NCBI GenBank assembly: GCA_937863115.1
Contig: CALMEH010000500.1
Span: forward strand, 1-41,091
Source of the DNA: an uncultured Acidobacteriota bacterium
GTDB taxonomy: Bacteria > Acidobacteriota > Blastocatellia > Pyrinomonadales > Pyrinomonadaceae
Direction: 5' to 3'
DNA length: 41,091 nt
The position numbers and the translations under genes are program-made. Each line of letters starts with the position of its first letter. The first letter of the stretch is position 1. The notes beneath the pieces were generated by a model. That model had not been told where the DNA came from. It ran no database searches and worked only from the letters and a program-made list of their open reading frames with translations. Shown here one piece after another: positions 18,392-27,065 of this stretch.

Positions 18392-21300
18392 ATGTTCAAT
18401 CTCCGTTTTTTCTCCAAACGGAAAGTCGGAATTTTTTTGGCTTTCTTCTTGCTTTTTGTTTCTTTTGCTTCGCTTCGAGCACAAACCGTCGCGCAAAAAG
18501 ATGATTCGTGGAAACTTTTTCAATACCGTTCAATTGGACCGTTTCGTGGCGGGCGCGTAACGGCGGTTGCCGGAGTTCCTTCGCAACCGAATGTTTATTA
18601 TTTTGGCGCAACGGGCGGCGGAGTTTTTAAAACGATTGACAGCGGTGTAAATTGGTTTCCCGTGTCGGACGGATTTTTCAAAACCGGATCGGTCGGCGCG
18701 ATTGATGTTTCGCTTTCCGATCCGAATATTATTTACGTCGGAATGGGCGAATCGCCGGTGCGCGGAAATGTTTCGCATGGCGACGGCGTTTATAAATCGG
18801 TTGATGCAGGGAAAACTTGGAAACACATCGGACTTTCAGATTCGCGGCAAATCGGGCGTGTGCGGATTCATCCGAAAAATCCCGATGTTGTTTATGTTGC
18901 GGCAATGGGACATCTGTTTGGCGCAAATCAGGAACGCGGCGTTTTTCGCACGAAAGACGGCGGCAAAACTTGGGAAAAAGTTCTATTTCGTTCGGACAAA
19001 GCAGGCGCGTTTGACTTGATTTTAGATCCGTCGAATCCGAATACAATTTACGCGACAACGTGGCAGATTAAACGAACGCCGTATTCGCTCGAAAGCGGCG
19101 GCGAAGGAAGCGCGATTTACAAATCAACTGATGGCGGCGATACTTGGACAGACATTTCCAAAAACCGCGGCTTGCCCGCCGGAGTTTTAGGAAAAATCGG
19201 CATTACGGTTTCGCCCGTCAATCCGAATCGCTTGTGGGCAATGGTTGAAGCCAAACAAGGCGGTTTGTATCGCTCGGACGACGGCGGCGAAAATTGGCAA
19301 ATGACGAGCAATAATCCGCAACTCACGCAACGCCCTTGGTATTATTTTCGCGTTTATGCGGACACGCAAAGTGTTGATACGGTTTATGTTTTGAACGTCG
19401 GTTTTCATAAATCAATTGACGGCGGACGAACTTTTTCGACAATCGGCGTGCCGCATTCGGACAATCACGATTTATGGATTGCGCCGAATGACAATCGCCG
19501 AATGATAAACAGCAACGACGGCGGCGCGAATGTCTCGACAGACAGCGGCGCGAATTGGACGGAGCAAGACCAAGCCACCGCACAATTTTACCGCGTTGCC
19601 CTCGACAACGATTTTCCGTATAACATCTACGGCGCACAGCAAGATAATTCGACCGTTCGGATTCCGAGTCGGACGGCTGATTTCGGCATCAACGAAACGC
19701 ATTGGTATGACGTTGGCGGAGGCGAATCGGGCTGGATTGCACCGCATCCCGACAATTCTGACATAATTTTTGCCGGAAGTTACGGCGGATTTTTGACACG
19801 CTACGATCATAAAACAAAACAACAACGTAATATTAATGTTTATCCGGACAATCCGATGGGCGCGGGAGCGGAAGCGATGAAATATCGTTTTCAATGGAAT
19901 TTTCCGATTGTGTTTTCGCCGCATAAAACCGACGGCAAATATCCGCTTTACGCCGCCGGAAATATGCTCTTTCGCTCGATGGACGAAGGTCAATCGTGGC
20001 AAGCGATTTCGGGCGATTTGACTCGCAACGACAAATCGAAACAAGGCTCATCAGGCGGACCGATTACACAAGATAACACGAGCGTTGAATATTACTGCAC
20101 GATTTTTTCGATGGCAGAATCAACTGTTCAACAAGGCGTGATTTGGACGGGAAGCGATGACGGATTAGTTCACGTTACGCGCGACGGCGGGAAAAATTGG
20201 GAAAATATAACGCCCAAAGATATGCCGGAATGGATTCAAATTAACGCGATTGACGCTTCGCCGTTTGAAGCGGGAACGGCTTATATTGCCGCGACCGCTT
20301 ATAAATCGGATGATTTCAAACCTTACATTTACAAAACAAACGATTACGGCAAAACGTGGAAAAAAATTGTCGGTGGGATTGCGAATGACGCTTTCACACG
20401 AGTCGTCCGCGAAGACCCGAATCGGCGCGGATTTCTCTACGCCGGAACGGAAACGGGAATGTATTTTTCGAGCAATGACGGCGAAAATTGGCAATCTTTG
20501 ATGCTCAATTTACCTGTTGTGCCGATTACCGATTTGGCAATTCACAAACGCGAAAAAGATTTGGTCGTCGCTACCCAAGGACGTTCGTTTTATGTTTTAG
20601 ACAATCTGCCTCTGCTTTATCAAATGGCAGATGCAAACAAAGCAGAAAACTTTCTTTTCAAACCTGAAGACGCATATCGAACGCCCGGTTTCGGCGGTTT
20701 TCAAATTCCTTCGGGCGCACCGATTGGAGCAAATCCGCCGAACGGCGCAGTCGTTCATTATTATTTGAAATCCAAGCCGAAACAAGAAATTGTTTTGGAA
20801 TTTTTGGATGCAAGCGGCAAAGTTGTCCGCAAATTCAGCGGCAGAGTTTCACGCGAAGGCGCACCCATCGCGCCACCTGTGCCGGGCGAAATTCCTGTCC
20901 CTTTGGAAGCAGGTTTGAATCGTTTCGTCTGGAATTTCCGCTATCCGAATGCAATCGGTTTGCCGGGTTTGATTATGTGGGGCGGAAGTTTGTCAGGACC
21001 GCGTGTTGTGCCGGGCAATTACCAAATTCGTCTGACGGTTGACGGCAAAACTGTTTCGACTGAAAATTTCGCCATTAAATCCGATTTGCGTCTTGCGACG
21101 ACAACCGAAGATTTTCAAAAACAATTCGATTTTCTGATGAAATCGAATCAAAAATTAACCGAAACGCACGAAGCGATCTTGGAAATCCGCGATCTTCGCA
21201 AGCAATTTGAAGATTTGTCGGCGCGAATAAAACCCGACCAAAAGGAACTGAAAGATAAAGCCGCCGACATCATCAAAAAGCTAACGGCTGTTGAAGAAGA

Positions 21301-21565
21301 ATTGATGCAAACGAAAATCAAATCGTCACAGGATGCGCTCAATTATCCGATAAAATTAAACAACAAACTTGCGGCTTTGGCTTCGACGGTTGACAGCGCA
21401 GATTACGCGCCAACCAATCAAAGTTATGATGTTTACAACGATTTAGTCGGAAAAATTGACGCACAACTTGTGATTTTGGCACGAATAAAATCGGAAGACA
21501 TTACCGCGTTTAATAAAATGTTTGCCGAGAAAAATTTGCCGGTGATTACGATTAGAAATAAGTAA
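18392..21565 (+). CDS. Secreted BNR/Asp-box repeat protein (sortilin/VPS10-like double propeller, glycosidase-like)
   Basis: Signal peptide. At least nine SxDxGxTW-type Asp-boxes (SVDAGKTW, TKDGGKTW, STDGGDTW, SDDGGENW, SIDGGRTF, STDSGANW, SMDEGQSW, TRDGGKNW, TNDYGKTW). Confidence 0.85.
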   Translation: MFNLRFFSKRKVGIFLAFFLLFVSFASLRAQTVAQKDDSWKLFQYRSIGPFRGGRVTAVAGVPSQPNVYYFGATGGGVFKTIDSGVNWFPVSDGFFKTGSVGAIDVSLSDPNIIYVGMGESPVRGNVSHGDGVYKSVDAGKTWKHIGLSDSRQIGRVRIHPKNPDVVYVAAMGHLFGANQERGVFRTKDGGKTWEKVLFRSDKAGAFDLILDPSNPNTIYATTWQIKRTPYSLESGGEGSAIYKSTDGGDTWTDISKNRGLPAGVLGKIGITVSPVNPNRLWAMVEAKQGGLYRSDDGGENWQMTSNNPQLTQRPWYYFRVYADTQSVDTVYVLNVGFHKSIDGGRTFSTIGVPHSDNHDLWIAPNDNRRMINSNDGGANVSTDSGANWTEQDQATAQFYRVALDNDFPYNIYGAQQDNSTVRIPSRTADFGINETHWYDVGGGESGWIAPHPDNSDIIFAGSYGGFLTRYDHKTKQQRNINVYPDNPMGAGAEAMKYRFQWNFPIVFSPHKTDGKYPLYAAGNMLFRSMDEGQSWQAISGDLTRNDKSKQGSSGGPITQDNTSVEYYCTIFSMAESTVQQGVIWTGSDDGLVHVTRDGGKNWENITPKDMPEWIQINAIDASPFEAGTAYIAATAYKSDDFKPYIYKTNDYGKTWKKIVGGIANDAFTRVVREDPNRRGFLYAGTETGMYFSSNDGENWQSLMLNLPVVPITDLAIHKREKDLVVATQGRSFYVLDNLPLLYQMADANKAENFLFKPEDAYRTPGFGGFQIPSGAPIGANPPNGAVVHYYLKSKPKQEIVLEFLDASGKVVRKFSGRVSREGAPIAPPVPGEIPVPLEAGLNRFVWNFRYPNAIGLPGLIMWGGSLSGPRVVPGNYQIRLTVDGKTVSTENFAIKSDLRLATTTEDFQKQFDFLMKSNQKLTETHEAILEIRDLRKQFEDLSARIKPDQKELKDKAADIIKKLTAVEEELMQTKIKSSQDALNYPIKLNNKLAALASTVDSADYAPTNQSYDVYNDLVGKIDAQLVILARIKSEDITAFNKMFAEKNLPVITIRNK

Positions 21566-21571
21566 AATATT

Positions 21572-21634
21572 TTATCCGCGAAACACGCGAAATACGCGAA
21601 AATTTCAGATTCCTTTTAGCGGTTTAGCGGATAA
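21572..21634. repeat. Intergenic hairpin containing 9-nt tandem repeats
   Basis: ttatccgc (21572-21579) pairs with gcggataa (21627-21634). cgcgaaa recurs at 21577, 21586 and 21595 (period 9). tagcgg occurs twice at 21617-21630. It lies between convergent genes. Confidence 0.6.
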
Positions 21635-21645
21635 AAAAAATCAAA

Positions 21646-22152
21646 TTATTTTTTGTGGCGGCGTTTTACCCAAATCGGCAATACGAATAAATAAATTCCG
21701 GTAATCCAAAGAATCAGCAAAATGATTCCGGCAGGCAGGAAAATAAAAAGTTTGATATTTTCGTGAAAAAACGAACCGTCGTGAATTGCTTCGATAATGT
21801 CGGAGCGACGATAAGCAGTTTGCAAAATCGTGCCGGTTTCGGTGTCAATTTGGATTTCCCAATTGGTTTTTGACCAAACTTTGAGCATTCCGCGTGAAGG
21901 GCGCACGTCGAGACGGTGAATGTCGTTCCAAGTTTTTATTTGCGCTTCGGGAACGGTTTTCGAGATTTCCAAAACCTGCGCCAAAGAAATTGATGGAGAT
22001 TTTCCCGCACCGTGTAACTCCGGCGGTTGTATCCACGCAAATTGTTTTTTTGTTTGCAATAAGATTCCGCTGACGATAACAATCAAAATCGGAATGGCGA
22101 TAATAATTGATGCCCAATAGTGAACTTTGCGATTCAAGAAATTTAGTTTCAA
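21646..22152 (-). CDS. PepSY-associated TM helix-type membrane protein
   Basis: N-terminus NRKVHYWASIIIAIPILIVIVSGILL and a C-terminal TM helix flank a small soluble domain, the typical PepSY_TM-like layout. Confidence 0.7.
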   Translation of the reverse strand: MKLNFLNRKVHYWASIIIAIPILIVIVSGILLQTKKQFAWIQPPELHGAGKSPSISLAQVLEISKTVPEAQIKTWNDIHRLDVRPSRGMLKVWSKTNWEIQIDTETGTILQTAYRRSDIIEAIHDGSFFHENIKLFIFLPAGIILLILWITGIYLFVLPIWVKRRHKK

Positions 22153-22218
22153 ACTGGTTTTAACTCCGATACTTTAGTTACTGAAATTATACAAATATTT
22201 TTTATTAGGAGGAGAAAA

Positions 22219-24198
22219 ATGATGTTTTTTACGAGGAAGTTAGTTGTTTTGTTTTTATTTGTTGTGAGCGCGGCAATTTTTGCCGACGCGCAAAATTGGA
22301 CGGCGGAAATGCAGGTGAAAACAAAAGCTGTCGGTTCGCCAATGGTTTCGCCCGATGGTAAACGCATTATTTATACGGTCAATGATGCGATGATGACCGC
22401 GGACAAAAGCGAATTTATAACCCAAATTTGGTTGGCAAATACGGACGGCACAAATGCGTTTCAAATCACTTTCGGCGATAAATCTTCGACAAATCCGAAA
22501 TGGTCGCCCGATGGAAATTGGATTGCTTTTACATCTAATCGAAACAATAACCGCAATAATCTTTATGTTTTGCGCGTTGGCGGCGGTGAAGCCGAAGCGT
22601 TGACAGATTTGAAAGGAAGCGTTGGAAATTTTGAATGGTCAGCAGACGGAAATTGGATTGTTTACACAATGACCGACCCGAAAACCGACGATGAGGAAAA
22701 AAATGACAAAGGTCGCAACGATTTTCGATACGTTGACGAAAATCAGAAAATGGCGCGGCTTTATGTGATGCCCGTTGCGAAAGATGCCAACGGCAAACGG
22801 GAATCAAAAAAATTGACGGCGGAAAATTACAACGTTGGCGGTTTTGATTGGTCGCCCGATGGCAAAACGATTGTTTTTAATCATACAAAAACTTCGATTG
22901 CCAATGATTGGACAACTTCCGATGTTTCGCTGATTGATGTGGCAAGCGGCAAAATTACCGTTTTAGCAAACACGACTGCCGCCGAAAATTCGCCGAAGTA
23001 TTCGCCCGATGGCAAATGGATTGCGCTTTTAGTCAGCGACAATCCGCCGCGTTGGGCGCAGGATAACAAGATAAATGTCGTCGCCGCGACGGGCGGAACT
23101 CCGAAGGCTTTGACTACTTCGTTTGACGGGCAGCCGAATATTGTTGATTGGTCGGCGGATGGCAAAATGATCTATTACATCGAAGCTAAGGGAACGAAAA
23201 CCGGACTTTATGCGATTGATGTTACGACGGACAAAATCACCGAATTTTCAGAAACGACCGGCGTTTTCGGCGTTACGATGAATGCGGCGCGGAATATGTT
23301 CGGCATTGCTTGGCAAAGTTCGATTTCGCCGCCCGAAATTTATGTTTCCGCCGTCAACAAACTTGCGCCCGTGCAGATTTCGCGCGTCAACGCCGATTTG
23401 GCGAAAATGACGATGCCAAAAACCGAGGTTATCAAATGGAAAAGCTCGGACGGACGCGAGATCGAAGGACTTTTGACTTATCCTATTGGCTATCAAACAG
23501 GTCAAAAAGTGCCAATGCTTTTGAATATTCACGGCGGTCCGGCGGGCGTTTTTTAGCAATTTTTCATTGGGGGGGGCGGGGTTTTTCCGTTGGCCGGTTT
23601 TGCGGCGGGAGGGTTCGCGATTTTGCGTCCGAATCCGCGCGGTTCATCAGGTTACGGCACGGAATTTCGCCGCGCAAATATCAAAGATTGGGGCGGAATG
23701 GATTATCAGGATTTGATGACGGGCGTTGATGCAGTCGTTAAAATGGGCGTGGCGGACGAAAATCGGCTCGGCGTTATGGGTTGGAGTTACGGCGGTTCTA
23801 TGACCAGCACAATCGTTACCAAAACCAAGCGGTTCAAAGCCGCTTCTGCCGGTGCGCCAGTTACGAATTTGATGAGTTTTACGGGAACGGCTGATATTCC
23901 TTCATTTATTCCCGACTATTTCGGCGGCGAATTTTGGAACGACATCGAAACTTACAAAAAACATTCGGCGATGTTCAACGTCAAAGGCGTTACGACTCCG
24001 ACACTGATTCAACACGGCGAAGCCGACTTTCGCGTTCCGATTTCGCAAGGCTATGAGTTTTACAACGCGCTCAAACGCCAAAACGTGCCGACGCGAATGA
24101 TTGTTCTGCCGCGCCAACCGCACGGTCCGAACGAACCAAAAATGCAGGTTGCCGCAATGCAATCAAATCTCGAATGGTTTGATAAATATCTGCGATGA
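22219..24198 (+). pseudogene. S9 family serine peptidase (beta-propeller plus alpha/beta hydrolase) interrupted by one in-frame TAG at 23554-23556
   Basis: ORFs 22219-23556 and 23590-24198 are in the same frame. The first carries a signal peptide, a strong AGGAGGAG RBS, PD40/TolB-like propeller repeats (SP.WSPDG.WIAF) and ends LNIHGGPAGVF*. The second continues ...AILRPNPRGSSGYG, GWSYGG (Ser), GEADFRVP (Asp) and PRQPHG (His). Confidence 0.8.
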
Positions 24199-24217
24199 GT
24201 TTTTAGATAAAAATTTA

Positions 24218-24285
24218 GCCGCAGATTAACGCAGATTGCGCGGATTTTAGTTGATTTATCTGCGAAATCCGCGTTAATTTGCGGC
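24218..24285. terminator. Long imperfect hairpin between convergent genes
   Basis: The 28-nt arms gccgcagattaacgcagattgcgcggat and atctgcgaaatccgcgttaatttgcggc are complementary at 24 of 28 positions, with a 12-nt loop. Confidence 0.55.
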
Positions 24286-24316
24286 TGATTTAATTCATTT
24301 TTTTAAGCAAATTTGT

Positions 24317-26497
24317 TTATTCAACAAGTTCAAAATCAATAAACTGCGCTTGAATTTGGTTTTTTTCCTTTGCTTGCGCGTCAACCGCGACAATTTGCAG
24401 AACATAATCGCCCGGCACAAGATTTTTGCCGAGTCTTACTGCACCGTTTCCTTCGAGGCGTTTTAAATCGGTTTGTCCTTGTGCATTCAGCGGTTGGATT
24501 TTGCCTTCAAAAACGAGTTCTCCGTCGCGGTAAAGTCGCGCTTGAGTTTGTATTTGGACGTTGCGGTTTGCGTCTGGTTTGGCATTGTAAATGACGTAAT
24601 TGAAAAGCAAAACCGTGCCGCGCCGGAAAATTCTGGTTGCAGTAACGGTCGGCGCGTCTTGCATATCGGAAACGGTTTGTCCGTTCACTCGTGCTTGCCA
24701 TTGTTCCGCCGTCATATTTTGCAAAACCAATCCCGAAAGCGAAAGACGATTTTTGTCGAGATTCGGAATTTCGATAAATTGCGTTGCCGCGCCGATTTTA
24801 TCGCTGGTTACGTCTCGAATCGCCACGCGAAGCTGATACGCACCAGCTTTTTTTATCGGCACGAGCATAGAATAAACTAAACCTTTTTCGACAAGTTTCT
24901 GCACATTTTCCGCTTTTACGGCAATCGAATATAATTTACCGAAGCTGTCGGCAATTTTTCCATTTTCGTCAAACGTAAAACCGATAACCTCGAAAGACAA
25001 TTTTTTGTTACCGTTTTCGCCCTCGGCAAACGTCAGACTTTTGCCGTCTAGATGAAGAAATGCACGAACAAAATTTCCTTCTTTGATGTCGTTGGCAAAA
25101 ATCGAAGTCATTCGCATCGCAATCCCGCTTGCACCAAATGGCGAAAATAGCGCGTCGCTCATTCGTTGTTGCGGTGTTTGAGCTATTTGTTTGTTCGGAT
25201 TTAACTTTTCATCCGTAACGCCGAAAAATCCGCTTCGGTATCGGACCTTTGCGCCGTCGCGTTTGACACGCACGGTCAATTTATTAAATCTTCGTTTGGT
25301 TGCATCGAACGAATCTGAATCGGGTTGGTAAGCAATCAAATAATAACCGCTTTGATCGTTAAGAGCTTTTTCAACGCCACGGGAAAGATTGTTTTGGTTG
25401 AGAAAAACTCGTCCGCCCGTGCGGTCTGCCAAATACGCCAAACCGGATTGGCTGTTGCGAAAATCATCTAAACGCCCTTTCTGAATTTCTTCAAGTTGCT
25501 CCAAACTTTGTCCGAGCGTATCGTCTTCCGCAGTGAACATTCCCGGAACTGCCAACCCTCGCGCATCAATCGTGTTTATAATAACTCCGGCGCGATTTGC
25601 CGATTCAACCAAATTATCCATCGCTTGTTGAACCATCGCCGCGCTCGCATTTTTTTCTCTAATCGTGCCTTCAAACATATCCCATCCATCCGAAAAAACC
25701 ATAATCGCTTTGCGTCCGGGCATTTCGCTCATTCCTTTAACAACATAGCGAAGTGCGCCGAGCGTTCCGGCGGCAAACATTCCTTGACGCATTTGTTGAG
25801 CATCTTTTTCAAATTGCTTATCTTGTTCGTTACCTTGCGTTTGACGCGATTCGCCGCTGCTGTTGACCTGTCCGTTGAGCAAATCTTTGGTCGTTGGTCT
25901 GAGCGGTTCAAAGATTCCCATTGTTCCCGTTAAACCATTCCATTTAACCTTTTCGATGGCGGCGCGAAGAATACGTTTGTCGGAAGTAAATTGCTGAAAA
26001 ACGCTGATACCTGCACTCGTGCGAATGATTGCCACGAGGTCGCCTTCCTGCATTTGCTCGTTGACAAATTTTTTCAAAGCCTCGCGGACGTTTGCCATAC
26101 TTCCAATGCTCATTCCGATGTCATCAACAACCAAAACAATTGTGCGACGCACTTGGTCGGCGCGTAAATTTGTCGGAACGGGCGGAATTTTCACTTGTTT
26201 GGAATTGACTGTTACTTGTTCCTGTGCTTGATTTTTGGCATCTTGGGTTACGGCAATATATGAAAAATTAGTAATTTCCTGTTTTTCGCCGTTTTCCAAA
26301 ATCTCGAAATCTTCGGCTTTCAAATCCGTAATTTGTTTGCCGTCTTTATCTGTAACACCGACATCAATTTGAATCAGCGTGGTCGAAATTTTAACCACGC
26401 CGTCTTCATCATCGGGCGGAGTCGGAGTCGGATTTTGTGCCGAAATTGTAAGTATCGAAAAGAAGCTAAATATTAGTGCGAAAATTATTTTTTTCAT
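24317..26497 (-). CDS. Secreted VWA domain protein (Acidobacteria-type VWFA-related family, from memory TIGR03436)
   Basis: Signal peptide MKKIIFALIFSFFSILTISAQ. N-terminal pattern V.V.V.V.D..G..V..L...DF.V.E.G..Q.I..F. VWA core VLVVDD.....S.......A...F. Start set at ATG 26497; a GTG at 26539 is possible. Confidence 0.8.
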   Translation of the reverse strand: MKKIIFALIFSFFSILTISAQNPTPTPPDDEDGVVKISTTLIQIDVGVTDKDGKQITDLKAEDFEILENGEKQEITNFSYIAVTQDAKNQAQEQVTVNSKQVKIPPVPTNLRADQVRRTIVLVVDDIGMSIGSMANVREALKKFVNEQMQEGDLVAIIRTSAGISVFQQFTSDKRILRAAIEKVKWNGLTGTMGIFEPLRPTTKDLLNGQVNSSGESRQTQGNEQDKQFEKDAQQMRQGMFAAGTLGALRYVVKGMSEMPGRKAIMVFSDGWDMFEGTIREKNASAAMVQQAMDNLVESANRAGVIINTIDARGLAVPGMFTAEDDTLGQSLEQLEEIQKGRLDDFRNSQSGLAYLADRTGGRVFLNQNNLSRGVEKALNDQSGYYLIAYQPDSDSFDATKRRFNKLTVRVKRDGAKVRYRSGFFGVTDEKLNPNKQIAQTPQQRMSDALFSPFGASGIAMRMTSIFANDIKEGNFVRAFLHLDGKSLTFAEGENGNKKLSFEVIGFTFDENGKIADSFGKLYSIAVKAENVQKLVEKGLVYSMLVPIKKAGAYQLRVAIRDVTSDKIGAATQFIEIPNLDKNRLSLSGLVLQNMTAEQWQARVNGQTVSDMQDAPTVTATRIFRRGTVLLFNYVIYNAKPDANRNVQIQTQARLYRDGELVFEGKIQPLNAQGQTDLKRLEGNGAVRLGKNLVPGDYVLQIVAVDAQAKEKNQIQAQFIDFELVE

Positions 26498-26667
26498 AGA
26501 GCCGTTATTTCCTTTGCGTAAAAATGCCGGATTGGTCACGCCAAACCGTGATTGATTGTCAAAAGTATTTTTAAAATCTTACTCCGATTGCTGCTTAATT
26601 TCAATGATTTTTTCCAAACCGCGCTCAGTAAGTCACTTTTATTGGTCAATGAAACAGAATTATTGAC

Positions 26668-26931
26668 AACTAAACTCACCTTACGCGATTGTAATTTTCA
26701 GCCATCGGAGATGGCGACAGCATGTAGCCCATAGCGCGAGCTATGTGAGTTGGCAAAAAAAATGATTCAAGCCATCGTAGATTGCGGCAGATTCTTTCGC
26801 TGTCGTCCGGCTGACGCGGGCTTTACGAACAAAATTGCCACAAACTCCATAGCTCGCGTTATAGGCTACACGCTGTTACCCGCTACGCGAGCTAAAATTT
26901 CAAAATTCGCGTAAGGTGAAAACTAAACTCA
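26668..26931. repeat. Composite inverted-repeat element (MITE-like or structured RNA) flanked by an 11-nt direct repeat
   Basis: aactaaactca occurs at 26668-26678 and 26921-26931. Termini tcaccttacgcga (26676-26688) and tcgcgtaaggtga (26907-26919) are perfectly inverted. The approx. 85-nt arms align over their length with scattered mismatches (by eye). The centre holds a further partial direct plus inverted copy. Confidence 0.55.
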
Positions 26932-27005
26932 GTTCAGTTATCGCTAAATCACATTCAGTTATCACTGAATGTGATTCTGTAACAACTAAATCACTTTCAG
27001 CGCAC

Positions 27006-27043
27006 AAAAAAAAACGGATAACCAAAACTTTCGATTATCCGTT
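27006..27043 (-). terminator. Rho-independent terminator of the 27066-28934 gene
   Basis: On the minus strand, aacggataa - loop - ttatccgtt is followed by ttttttttt, 22 nt after the stop. Confidence 0.8.
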
Positions 27044-27065
27044 AAAGTGTTTATTTTCTATCAGA

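Noticed and set aside
19472-20044. 190-aa minus-strand ORF and several 60-110-aa ORFs inside the BNR gene
   Set aside because: They are antisense to or out of frame with the Asp-box-bearing frame, with Arg-rich composition.
23310-23729. Alternative-frame ORF bridging the peptidase junction, which might suggest a frameshift
   Set aside because: Its translation is Arg-rich low complexity with no peptidase motifs. The recognisable domains on both sides are in frame 1.
22219-24198. Two separate genes (a propeller protein of 445 aa and a hydrolase of 202 aa starting at TTG 23590)
   Set aside because: Both ORFs are in the same frame and separated by one TAG. The second lacks an RBS and a plausible start. 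Together they reconstitute the standard S9 peptidase architecture across the HGGP...NPRGS junction. Called as one interrupted gene.
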